From NCBI GenBank assembly GCA_964019425.1, contig OZ025780.1, positions 1,302,001 through 1,366,000 on the forward strand: a DNA stretch of 64,000 nucleotides, in the 5' to 3' direction. How positions within the stretch are numbered: the stretch's first letter is position 1; the number at the start of each line of letters is the position of its first letter. Position numbers and translations under genes: made by a program. Origin of the DNA: Flectonema sp. DT1601 (taxonomy: Eukaryota). Of the stretch, positions 1 to 11,309 are shown piece by piece. The notes below the pieces were generated by a model. That model worked only from the letters and a program-made list of their open reading frames with translations, was not told the DNA's origin and did not search any database.

Positions 1-1
1 G

Positions 2-829
2 TCTGCGAAGGACAACTGCAAACGTCGTCACGTTAAGGGAATCCAAGGTGCTTTGATAAACCGATAAAGCCGGTGAGTCAAGAATCCTCCCGTCACCAAT
101 GATCAAAATAGCTCTCTGGCGTGTTGAAAGACTGCTGAACATTTCTATCGTTAATATTAAACCCTGCTCAAGCATCGTTCCTTTCGAAAGCATAGAATTT
201 TCATGCCAGTCGATGTCATCACGCAACTCAGACTCCAGCCCACTCAAGCGTCCTCCAGTTCCAGTTCCGACAGGAGTGACTCTAGCTGCAGGTGAAGCCG
301 GAGTAAACCTGACGTTGTCTGTACCAGAAAACTGAACGAATCCTATTCTTGCTCCCCCAGGAGGTGTTGCTTGCGGAACATTGGCAGGCTCTCCACTCAA
401 GTTAATGGAACCACTAACCGCATCCCTCAACATATCACAGAGAGCAAAGAAACCGTGCGGATGGCTACTAAACGAGAAGGCCATGGAACCCGAGCTATCA
501 AAAAGAATAACTATATCAACAGCGGGACACGAAGAGTTTTCGTCAGAACACTTCTCACCGTTCCAATAACAGGCACTGTTGCTTTCACAACTACACTTCA
601 ACTGGTCTGAACACTGCACTAATCTCGAACACGAACCAATACTCACATCCCACCCACATTGCGGCAAAGCAGTACAAGCCGGTTGGTTGGTCGCTGTACA
701 AGAAACCTGATTCGAGCATCCGTTTGTCCATTCACAACTTGCATCCCTATTGCATCCAACTGCAGTGACATACGAAGTACAGACATTCACTGATAGGGCA
801 ATTATGTTTAGCAGTGCTAATGAAATCAT
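2..829 (-). CDS. Secreted Cys-rich + von Willebrand factor A domain protein, 3'-truncated by the window edge (absent from the ORF track)
   Basis: Manual translation from ATG at 829 gives a signal peptide (MISLALLNIIALSVNVC), Cys-rich CxW repeats, then DIVILFDSSGSM (DxSxS MIDAS motif), RIGFVQFS and ILIIGDG. The frame is open to position 2. Confidence 0.85.
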   Translation of the reverse strand, partial: MISLALLNIIALSVNVCTSYVTAVGCNRDASCEWTNGCSNQVSCTATNQPACTALPQCGWDVSIGSCSRLVQCSDQLKCSCESNSACYWNGEKCSDENSSCPAVDIVILFDSSGSMAFSFSSHPHGFFALCDMLRDAVSGSINLSGEPANVPQATPPGGARIGFVQFSGTDNVRFTPASPAARVTPVGTGTGGRLSGLESELRDDIDWHENSMLSKGTMLEQGLILTIEMFSSLSTRQRAILIIGDGRILDSPALSVYQSTLDSLNVTTFAVVLRR

Positions 830-1478
830 TTTCTTATTAATACAAAATCTGGAAAAAATATAAAAACCTTTTTAACTCGCAACAATCCAAAACGTTTATT
901 GACTTTGACTGATTTGTGGTAGCGATCAAACCAAAGTGAAATGTGTAAATAAATAGTCCTCAGCTAACTGATAACAACACAAGAAGCAGTTCTCAGAGTG
1001 ACAAACTTCGTAGGATCCGCTTAGGAAGCGTTCCGCGTGTGTGAGTGTCGGATACAGTTTAAAGGATAGCATGGGCTCTAGGACCATCCTTGGGTGATTT
1101 TTTGCCCCCAGTGTTCTAAGGAATGTGTGATCTGTACATAAGAAGTATACTGCACAGTTTGCTTTTCGGAACCGTTCCCTTGATAAACTGAAACTTCGAT
1201 GAGTCGGGTCTTTGAATTGAATATTTGGCCTTTAAAATGGTGCCGGAGGGGTGAAAAGTTGAGAACGTATTCCTGTCGTATTTCCTGTGAGGGGTGAATT
1301 ACAATAGTTAGAGAAGAACCAACATAGGGCCTGGCGCTGCTGGCCAAAAATCTGAAAACCACACAAAACGTTTTTGCTTCTTCAGTACTGAGACTGAGCT
1401 AACTTTCAATGCAAAGGTGGATGCAAAAAAAAAAAAAAAAAATTATAAGGAAAATAGCCCAAGGAATCCTAATCACTA

Positions 1479-1514
1479 ATAAATAAATAAATAATTATTT
1501 ATTTATTTATTTAT
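1479..1514. repeat. Palindromic (AAAT)n/(ATTT)n microsatellite at the left end of the TIR element
   Basis: aataaataaataaataattatttatttatttatt; the ttta repeat resumes right after the element at 3247. Confidence 0.7.
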
Positions 1515-3246
1515 GGAAAATTCTCCGTTGCTACCCCAAAACTTTATTTTTCTCCGTTGTAGTCCACCTAAAAGAATTTTTCTCCGTTGTGTTTTTTTTT
1601 CTTTTTTTTTTTCGCTGTTGTGTGCCACCTAAACTTTTTTTTCGCTGTTGTGTGCCACCTATATTTTTTTTTCGCTATTGTGTGCCACCTGTACTTTTTT
1701 TTCGCTGTTGTGTGTCACCTGACCTTTTCCCCTTTTTTTTTTTTTTTTTTTTTTTTTTCTCGTTTTTTTTTTTTTTTTTTCGGAAGATTTTTTTTTTTTT
1801 TTGTGCACCTGTCGACCTGGTTAGTTAGATACACTCATCTGATGGATTGATTGAAAGCTAATAACACAAACGGTTAAGGATGTGATGGCTTGGGAAATGA
1901 TAAAAGTAATCTTCTCTCTGGAACTTCTGCTCAGTACATGCAAATGCATCTTGACACGCGGGAACCCTTCGGGCAGTACTGCGCTCTTGATAATTCAAAG
2001 TAGCCTTAAAAAAGCTCTCATGCTTGCATGAGTTAGATACCCTGATAACCCGGTCAGAAACAGGAGTGTCGCTTGCGACCAGGCTGTCTGTAACTCGCAG
2101 GTGTCTTGACTTTGAAATTCGGTTGGAATGACGTGTAAGAGGACAACAGTTCTCTGTAAGGTGACCCAGCCCTGCACACATACCGTTCTTTGCATACACT
2201 CAGTAAAACTTCCAGAGGCTGAGAACACTATCAGGACCTGACGAACAACCCAACCTATCCGTGAGTATTTGTCTTTGCTAATCTCGTCAAGCCGGATGAA
2301 CATCATACAAACGTTATCTCAACATCCGTGTGCGGGTGTTATCTTCCTCATCTCGGTTTAGCCCTGCACCATCTGCGGAACTGGTAGCCTACGATGCTTC
2401 AGTAAAACGTTCAGGTTCCTAACCACAAACGTTTTTCTCTCTAGGCTTTTACTCTTTTACTACGGACTCTCGCTTAAAGAGATTAAGAAAATCTCCAAGT
2501 GCGTAGCTGACTATGTGCACATATGAAAAAAGTTGGAGGAATTGCTAGTTTGTTGGGTTATATTCGTAGCAGCTTCACGGTGACGGCGGCCTTACCGAGA
2601 ATTATCCCTGGTTATTACGTGTTGAAAGTCACAGGTTATAGTGTCAAAATAATACTCGCGTGGGTAGTTGCTCTCTTCGGAGAGCATAACTTCAGACCCG
2701 TCAATTCGCGGCGCTTATATTTACGCACATCAATTAGTTGAACGAGTTCAAGTCACTTCCCTGCATAGCAGATCCGTGTCCTCTGTACTAACGCTATACT
2801 AAGTGTGACTGTGACTGATACACGTAATGGTTGGGTTCTTTAAGTACTCAGGACTGGTTGCTTGCTAATGTGAATGCTGACGTTCGAATTCTCCGACTTT
2901 CAAGTAAATTTAGGTGAATGATCTCTTGTTTTCTGTCTGACGCTTGTGATGCACCTCTTGTATTCTAAGTCACAGGTGTATGAGTAATACTTGGTAAGAG
3001 GAGCCCCAGGTCCAACAAGAGGAGCCACATGTTTTGTGCATTTTGGTGCCAGGTGGTCATAACCCATTTTTTTTTTTTTTTTCCCCGAGAAAAAAAAAAA
3101 GTGCTGGTACCCAACAGCGAAAAAAAAAAAAGAGTTGTTCACAACAGCGAAAAAACTTTTTGGGTGCAGGCAACGGAGAAAAAAAAGTTAAGGTGACAGG
3201 CAACGGAGAAAAAACTTTTTTTTATGTAGGCAACGGAGAATTCTCC
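1515..3246. mobile_element. Non-autonomous DNA transposon, Mutator/Foldback-like, with modular terminal inverted repeats
   Basis: Left end GGAAAATTCTCCGTTGC; reverse complement of right end GGAGAATTCTCCGTTGC. Left arm has 3x TTCTCCGTTG and 4x TTCGCTRTTG; right arm has 2x CAACAGCGAA and 3x CAACGGAGAA. TTTATTTAT flanks both sides (possible 9-bp TSD, ambiguous inside a microsatellite). No intact transposase. Confidence 0.8.
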
Positions 3247-3354
3247 TTTATTTATTTACGAAACGAAAAGCCAGGAAAAGCTACAGAGTAACAGTTATAT
3301 CGCTACCAGCAACCGTGAGACTCTCACAGACGATAAGAGACTAATTATTATTTA

Positions 3355-3445
3355 TAATCAGTCAATCAAAAAAATCAAAATGCAAAAAATCGTAGGACAA
3401 CAGACACATAATGGTTGGTTTCGGGCTAAATTAAAAAAAAAATTC
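3355..3445. repeat. Interspersed repeat segment B, copy 1
   Basis: cagtcaa...aatgcaaaaaatcgtaggacaacagacacataatggttggtttcgggctaaattaaaaaa matches 4248-4345 and 4578-4690. Confidence 0.75.
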
Positions 3446-4247
3446 CTCGGATCTTCCCCTTACCCAGCCCTCTTCAGCGAAGAAAACAAGGGGGACACTG
3501 CGGTGTCAGACCTGTCCTGCTTTTTGTGTTTGCCCTTTTCAGCAAAGGGACTACGTCAACATGGTTATTTATTTTACCATTCCCTTATATAAATATCAGT
3601 GAACGCAGGATACCAACAAAATGAGTGGGGCTGAGTTACGTTTGTGGGGGGATAATGAAAAGATAAAAAGGTTGGGAGACCAAAATAGCTAGTTAGGTAA
3701 TCAGTTGGGATTCCCTATAATAAAAAAGACCACGGGAAATGCACTCTCTGTGAATTTAGTGTTAGAAAAAGACTAGAGAGCGAAGAAGACAATCGGAGGT
3801 ACATATCTGGCCACCAACCGACAGTGAATGAAATCACTTTGTGTCCCTTTGTGAGAAGATATGTGAAACAAGTAAAGGTTATAACCAAAATAAAATGGAA
3901 GTTAGAAAAAGGTTGTAGCGCAATGACCCAATCATCTTTAGCGATGAAGGAAGGAGATGCATTAGTAAGAATTTCGGTTTATTATTGACAACAATAAAAA
4001 GAGAGAGATTTTGCCGTTAGACTAGATCCGAACACCAAAGTGTGAATCGTTCAATCTGATATCTACTCATTTTAGAAGATTAGATCAAGCATCTCACGCC
4101 TTGTGGGTTACGGTACGAAACAACTTGTGTTTTGAGAAGTCCCAAGTAACTACTAACAAAGGTATCAGGGAACAGATTACTCAATCTGTGGCACCTCTAA
4201 ATATAGTTCCAGAGAAATCAACAACCTTCCATTACCTATTCCACCAG

Positions 4248-4345
4248 TAGTATTAATGGTTATCAGTCAAAAGAAGGGGGGTCTTGGCTAAATTCAATCG
4301 AATGCAAAAGTTCGTAGGACAACAAACAAATAATGGCTGGCCTAT
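4248..4345. repeat. Interspersed repeat segment B, copy 2
   Basis: tagtattaatggttatcagtcaaaagaaggg...aatgcaaaagttcgtaggacaacaaacaaataatgg is shared with 4578-4690. Confidence 0.75.
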
Positions 4346-4399
4346 TCCACCTGTTGTTAGATAGATCAAAATACAAAAAAAAAAAAAAAAAAAAAAAAA

Positions 4400-4690
4400 G
4401 GTTATAAAAACACATCGAGTTCTGCTGTTCCATAAAACACTGTGGAATACGTAGTTTCAGGAGACTTAATCTTATACTACTTGTCCCTCTTAGGCCTTCA
4501 TCAGTAAGTTCTAAGGGACTTCATTCCAGTTAATTAATAAATCGTATTTATCAATTGTTAATTCCGTCAATGTAAGCTAGTATTAATGGTTGTCAGTCAA
4601 AAGAAGGGAGTGGGCGGGAAAATTCAATGCGAAAATTCGTAGGAAAACAAACACATAATGGTTGGTTTTCGAGCTAAGATTAAAAAATCT
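4400..4690. repeat. Interspersed repeat, segment A (4400-4520) followed by segment B (4578-4690)
   Basis: Segment A (gttataaaaacac...ctgctgttccataaaacac...gtagtttcaggagacttaatc...cttgtcc...tcagtaagtt...agggact) recurs at 11873-11991 and partly at 11198 and 45428. Confidence 0.8.
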
Positions 4691-5174
4691 TTTCCGTCAA
4701 TATGAGTTAGTTAGTATACTATGAGTACTCCAGGGAGTAACTCACAGCAACAGAGGACCCAATTCATAGCCATATCCGAAGATTTCGCATGTTGAACTAG
4801 CTTCAACTGAAGGGAAATTATTAAAATATTGAACTTACTGAATAAAATGAAATTTTTTGAACCGATATAAAAAAAATAATCATATTACAAGGATAAGATG
4901 AAATATTGAAGAAAAAAAAAAAAAAAAAAAAAAAAAAATACCTAAGTTAGTGTTTGTATTTCAAAGACGAGTTAGTCAAGCTACTAATATAAGCGAACCA
5001 AAATAAGAAACGATATTATCTATAACCTATTCCACCAAGTATAAAGGTCCTTCAGAGTTGCCGCGGCACAATAGGTCAGCGTATCTTAGGAGTTTAAAAA
5101 AATAAAAAAAAGGAAGAAAAACAAAGAGACAAAAAACGGATAAGGGTTTCATTCGAGGAAACGCACAGCAGCAT

Positions 5175-6050
5175 TCAAAGCTGACATGCGCCTTCCTTTG
5201 TTGCCGGTGGAATCAAAGGCATCGGAAAGACATGCGGCATAGAGATCGCAGGTATGGCAGGCAACATTGGGTCAACAGCTGGAGGATCCAATATCACTTC
5301 CTTAGTAATAATCACATCAACAGGTTTAGTGACGTATAAAATATAAAAAGAGTACAACACATTAAAGGTCAACATTGAACAAACAACGTAAACAGAAAGA
5401 GAAAACCCGAATGGTCTACGATCGAAGGCCAGGACGTAATTTTTATAACCTGGTATTTCAATCCCTGTTGACTTGTCTTGATTTGTGTCAACAGTGTTCT
5501 TATTTATAAAATAGTTGTATTGTGCAGTATATGCACTTGAAGTGTAAGCATCGGAAAATTCAAGTTGCTTTGTGAGACGAAGCCTCATTGCTGAAGCACG
5601 TTCGGGAAAATCAGCAACAACATGGCTGCTGAAAGAAGAGTATTTAAAGTCTACTGATGCCATGTGAGTCGTTACACGAATCCGTTTATCTTTATCATCT
5701 AATGTATGATAGCAGTGAATTTTATAAAAACAATAAGGCTTTGCATTGTACAGCTGTTTTACGTATTCTCGACCACTCACCTCAGCAACGTTACTCAGAT
5801 ATTTCTTTGTAGGCATAAATGCTATTGCTATGACCATGTAGGTAATATATATAAATCCTAGTACAGCAAAGAATAACCAATTTTTAACATTACCGTCTTT
5901 GTTGCTGTTGATGTAGTAGCTGCAAACACTAGCATCAGAATTAGTTTCACAAAGACAAATGATTACGAAGTGTATCCATATTGCCAAGCCTAAAACTCCC
6001 CCGAATATTACGGTAAAAATCTCAGCGGTATTCAATTTTGCCGAAGACAT
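5175..6050 (-). CDS. TMEM151-family membrane protein
   Basis: 291-aa ORF with two N-terminal TMs and a late TM. KIHCYH...RVTTH.A..DF.Y and RLRLTKQLEFSD...Y..Q..YF match the TMEM151 pattern as I recall it. Confidence 0.7.
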   Translation of the reverse strand: MSSAKLNTAEIFTVIFGGVLGLAIWIHFVIICLCETNSDASVCSYYINSNKDGNVKNWLFFAVLGFIYITYMVIAIAFMPTKKYLSNVAEVSGREYVKQLYNAKPYCFYKIHCYHTLDDKDKRIRVTTHMASVDFKYSSFSSHVVADFPERASAMRLRLTKQLEFSDAYTSSAYTAQYNYFINKNTVDTNQDKSTGIEIPGYKNYVLAFDRRPFGFSLSVYVVCSMLTFNVLYSFYILYVTKPVDVIITKEVILDPPAVDPMLPAIPAISMPHVFPMPLIPPATKEGACQL

Positions 6051-7288
6051 GTTCTACAAGGTGAACCAGTTAACGATATCATCTGTGAAAGAAGTAATCA
6101 GTTTATTGGATCAAAGACTTATCGTTATCATTCATATTTCCCTCTCAGGCACACGATTTCATTTATGTTTTATTTTTCCTGCAGGAAACTTAATGGCACC
6201 ACGTCAAACATGAAAAGACTAACAAACGACTTATAATTAACATTCGGTGATCAACGTGTGGCAAAATGAAATAAACATTTAAAAGAAAAACACGCAAAAG
6301 AAAGACTTTATCTTCTGTAAACTACTTTACAAAAGCTGATATGATAGTGAGGGTTATGTCTTCTTTGAGTACAGTGATTGCAGCAACTTGATGACTCTAC
6401 AATGAGATACCTAAGAGGAATGTGTACTGTGGGTAAACAACAGACCCACGTCATTGTCCCTAGTTAGAAAATGAGCCCCTAGTTAACCACAGTTGCTGTA
6501 CTCTGAGACAATGGAAGGACTTGCACCAGAAGAAAGAGAGAGGGAGCGTCACGCGAAGAAATGTACCGCCGCCGCAGTTTCAAAAATACTGAAGGCTTCA
6601 AATCTGATTTGGGGATTACTCGTTTGTAATTATTCTTTTTCTTCAATGATCATGGAACACCTGCCATGCAAGTCACGGAACAGAAAAACAGTATGCAAAC
6701 CGTTCATAAAATCGACAAAAAAAAAAAAAAAAAAACGCGGGAAAATTCTGAATGACAGAAGATAAAGTTTTATTTTAGAATAGTAGCTATAAAGCAAAGA
6801 CTATGTACTACTCTCGAACATAACTAAAATAATATTAGCATAAGTATCCAGAAATCGTTAGTTCGGGGCCACATACTACAACTTGAGCACCCCATGCCTT
6901 GCAATCCGTTACAATGTAGCGGATGTTAATTTCTTTTTTTGTTTTCGGTTGTTATTATTTGTAGCTTATTACTAGCGGAGCATACTTTTGTTTAACGCGC
7001 ATGGGGGGATTTTGATACGATGCAAAAAGATTTATGTGGGAAGGGGGGACTTGGATAAATAAATCAAGGTTAACACACAACAAATTAGACATGAATCATT
7101 ATAATTTTTGGCATCATAAAGTCGCATAGGGGGAAATTAGTCATGACCATAAGAAATATCGGCTTTCAATGTGAATAGTTTCTCTCCGACTACATACAAA
7201 AAAAAAACATGACAAAGGCAACACAGGAATGTCAAGAAATCCAGTGATGAAGAATTGAGTGAAACAAAAACTAGTGAACACTTCCCTT

Positions 7289-8457
7289 TTAGTTGGTAAG
7301 ACCGTCAGCATTGACCGCATGAAATCCCTTTCTCTTGCAAAGGCACTTGTCCTTAATCTTACACCACGATTCATAGTTCGGAATCTTCTCCATTCCAGTC
7401 TTTCCCTTAACCTGTTTTGTTTATTTATAGAACGTTATGTTATAATAAAATACTTTTGGAGAAAACAAATCATGTGTTATCAATCTAGAAATGGTAAATT
7501 AAAAAGAATTCGCTTTATCCTAAACTATATAGAAAATAGTAATATAACACTGTGATGTTTTGTTTGTGCACGAAACCGCGAACTGACTTAAACTGATAAA
7601 GGAAGTTTACGTGTGCTGCCAACATTCTTTTTCGTGTTAAATGCAAAAAAAAAAAAAAGGAGACATACGAAGTGGTTAAAGAGTATTCCAAAGAACAGAT
7701 ATCCTCCAATTAACGAAAACAAAATGACGAAGAAGATGGCAGCACCAGACATGCCAGATGAGCCTTTCTTCCCTTTTGGTGTCATGGTAGCTGGAGCGTT
7801 AGTTGGTGGGACTGGTACAGATACGCACATCTCAGTGACATTCTCGGTGTCATTTCTTGAAATAAGTTTACAACCTAACGACCTACCAGTCAGAACAGTT
7901 GTGTCGTTTGCGGATGTGGCGTAGGTAAAGTTTAGAGTCTTACACAGGACCTCAGCACACTCATTAAGTGCTTCGTATCCAATAATGACAGTGCCATCCT
8001 CACAAGTTCCATTATTAGTTCCTAATTCAATAGGTTCACAAATATCTCCTGGAACTGGTGTTACCGGCACAGTAGTTGGAGCAGCAGATGGCGCAGCGGT
8101 TGGAGCAGCAGTTGGAGCAGCAGTTGGAGCAGCAGTTGGAGCAGTGGTTGGAGCAGCGGTTGGCTCAGGTGTGGTATCAACACAAAGTTCGGTTACGTTC
8201 TGACTATCGTAGTCAGTGAAGTTACATCCGAGATCCTTTCCCTGTAAAACTGTTTTATTATCAGATCCAATAGCGTACTCGAAGTCGTACATATCACACA
8301 AGTGATCAGCACACTCAGTCATCGTCTGTATGTCTACCAAAGCACTGCTCCCTCCACACATACCCGTCTTGTTGCTGGCGAGAGAAATCTCACTACACGT
8401 GTCATTTGACAAACTCGCTGTTACTGCGGCAGCAAATGCCAGCTGTAGGATAGCCAT
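7289..8457 (-). CDS. Type-I membrane glycoprotein: 2 six-Cys modules, PTAA mucin linker, ATG27/M6PR-like TM and tail (copy 1, 303 aa; exons 8457-7669, 7411-7289)
   Basis: Signal peptide and TM AAIFFVILFSLIGGYLFFGILFNHF. A phase-0 intron (GTATGT...AAACAG, 7412-7668) joins VKGKTGMEKIPNYESWCKIKDK...TN*. Confidence 0.85.
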
Positions 8458-9363
8458 GATGTGTTAGATATGAGCTACTCGTAAAAATAATAATAATAAT
8501 AATAATTACAGCTGACACGAGATGACGGATACTAAAGCATGCAGCAACGAGTTTCGAGGGCAGGACAAGATACAGTTTCAAGAAAGAATAAGTGCCTTAA
8601 CTGTTTCGGACCTGTTTGTGATAAAGTAACAAATCCACCGCCGATTAGTGTCGACAGTTGTTGTGTTTTTTTAAAAACAGTCCAAAACATTGATTAAAGA
8701 AAAGGATTTTTTACCCGAAGGTAAGAGAGAGCATCACGCACTGGTCCTCACTCGAAGAAACCGCCTCCGCAGTTTTATAAAAATACCAAAAGAATTCAAA
8801 TCTGATTTGGGGATTACTCGTTTGTAATTTCTTTTCATTATTCTTTTTCTTTTTTCATTGATCTTTGAATACATAGTAGATAACATTGCTGACTTGTTTC
8901 AAAGACTAAACCACGCAAGTCCAGAACAGAATACAGTATCTTGGGTACAATTCTCTTTCGCTCGTAAGAGACGTCTTTTGAGATTATGGAAAAAAAAAGG
9001 GGGTGAACACACGATTAACACCGACTGCAAAAAATAAAAAAATAAAAAATAACATGATCCTCACTAGTAATTCTCCGTTATATAATAAGGGAAACGCACA
9101 TTTGATGGGTTACTCGTTTAGTAAAGGGATAAAAAGTGCTTGCAAACCACGAAGACGCAATAAAAACTATTCAGATTAGCCTTATATGTCGTTACGAATA
9201 CACACCTCTTTCACACGGAAATTAGCCATGACCATAAGAAATATCGGCTCTCAATCTTAATAGTTTCTCTACAAAAAAAACATGACAAGGCAACACAGGA
9301 ATGCTGAGAAGGGATTCCAGTGATGAAGAATTGAGTGAAACAAAAACTAGTGAACACTTCCCT

Positions 9364-10361
9364 TTAGTTGGTAAGACCGTCAGCATTGACCGCATGAAAT
9401 CCCTTTCTCTTGCAAAGGCACTTGTCCTTAATCTTACACCACGATTCATAGTTCGGAATCTTCTCCATTCCAGTCTTTCCCTTAACCTGTTTTGTTTATT
9501 TATAGAACAACGTTATGTTATAATAAAATACTTTTGGAGAAAACAAATCATGTGTTATCAATCTAGAAATGGTAAATTAAAAAAAAGGAGACATACGAAG
9601 TGGTTAAAGAGTATTCCAAAGAACAGATATCCTCCAATTAACGAAAACAAAATGACGAAGAAGATGGCAGCACCAGACATGCCAGATGAGCCTTTCTTCC
9701 CTTTTGGTGTCATGGTAGCTGGAGCGTTAGTTGGTGGGACTGGTACAGATACGCACATCTCAGTGACATTCTCGGTGTCATTTCTTGAAATAAGTTTACA
9801 ACCTAACGACCTACCAGTCAGAACAGTTGTGTCGTTTGCGGATGTGGCGTAGGTAAAGTTTAGAGTCTTACACAGGACCTCAGCACACTCATTAAGTGCT
9901 TCGTATCCAATAATGACAGTGCCATCCTCACAAGTTCCATTATTAGTTCCTAATTCAATAGGTTCACAAATATCTCCTGGAACTGGTGTTACCGGCACAG
10001 TAGTTGGAGCAGCAGATGGCGCAGCGGTTGGAGCAGTGGTTGGAGCAGCGGTTGGAGCAGTGGTTGGCTCAGGTGTGGTATCAACACAAAGTTCGGTTAC
10101 GTTCTGACTATCGTAGTCAGTGAAGTTACATCCGAGATCCTTTCCCTGTAAAACTGTTTTATTATCAGATCCAATAGCGTACTCGAAGTCGTACATATCA
10201 CACAAGTGATCAGCACACTCAGTCATCGTCTGTATGTCTACCAAAACACTGCTCCCTCCACACATACCCGTCTTGTTGCTGGCGAGAGAAATCTCACTAC
10301 ACGTGTCATTTGACAAACTCGCTGTTACTGCGGCAGCAAATGCCAGCTGTAGGATAGCCAT
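9364..10361 (-). CDS. Tandem duplicate of 7289-8457 (copy 2, 295 aa; exons 10361-9597, 9486-9364)
   Basis: Near-identical CDS with two fewer PT(A/T)A repeats and one A/V change; same intron position (9487-9596, 110 nt). Confidence 0.85.
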
Positions 10362-11277
10362 GATGTGTTAGATATGAGCTAAGTGGGGAGTTATCACAAA
10401 TAAATAAGTTTTTTTAAAAAAAATATAATATCCAAAGTTAAAAGAAACATCAAAAAAAGAAATGCAGTATGTCCGAGCAACAAAAAAAGAACCAATCTGT
10501 GATTTTCTATAACCTATTTAATATAAATAAGTTATACAGTCCTGTACTTTAACTACACAATAGGATTGCCTTGAAAACACACATAGAAAGTAATGAGCTC
10601 TTTATAAGAAGGAGTGTCAATTCAAAGTCGAGGAAGCCAAACCAACAAGCAGAAAGAATGAAAAACAGATTTAAGACAAACAACAGAGATTATTAGAAAA
10701 CATCAATTGTAAAAGAATGAGTGAAATCAAAACGTCAGATTGCGATGGATTTGATTATTATTTGTGCACATAAAACCTTCTGAGGAACTTCAACTACAGA
10801 ACCACCTCACCCAACACTTCTCTACAATATTGGTGGGTTTCATAAATCTGCACTAAGCAAAAAAAATTGAATAACAGTTGTGAGTTCTATATACAAGCAG
10901 ACTTCTTTGCGTAGCATTCCTTTTGTATTCTGAAATAAAGAAAAAATAAAAAATAATTAAAAAAAAACTACTTTTAGCCTTTGTTTGCACACAAGTGTAA
11001 TCAGTAATTTTTATAATTTCCCGAAAGGGAATTACAGTTCAATGATGTAAAAGTTAAAAGCGTAAAAGCATAATAGATTAAAATAGGAAAGGAAGAAATA
11101 GAGATACGCGGACAAGGTGCCAACAGATATACTCGTTATAAAATAGATAAAATAGTTGCACCGAATTCAAGATTTAAAAAAAAAAAAAAAAAAAAAAGTT
11201 CTGCTGTTCCATTCACGCCTATATGTCCACTACAACTGTGAGACTCACAGGCGAGAAGAGAAAGTTTGATAACTTTC

Positions 11278-11309
<32 letters not shown>

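Noticed and set aside
1564..1725. Regularly spaced short repeats resembling a CRISPR array
   Set aside because: No unique spacers, no cas genes and a eukaryotic context; they are mirrored at 3110-3246 as TIR subrepeats.
2787..2804. actaacgctatactaagt, resembling the 5' end of a kinetoplastid SL
   Set aside because: The similarity ends after ~17 nt and lies inside the transposon; chance is plausible.
3700..3990. ~95-codon plus-strand stop-to-stop frame with KCTLC...H...CP
   Set aside because: No suitable start, the spacing does not fit a retroelement CCHC knuckle, and there are no RT motifs nearby.
10527..10552. ataagttatacagtcctgtacttta, resembling the 3' half of a euglenozoan SL exon
   Set aside because: Short gapped match on the non-coding strand, with no TTG|GT donor or Sm site, and absent from the related segment at 5020-5075.
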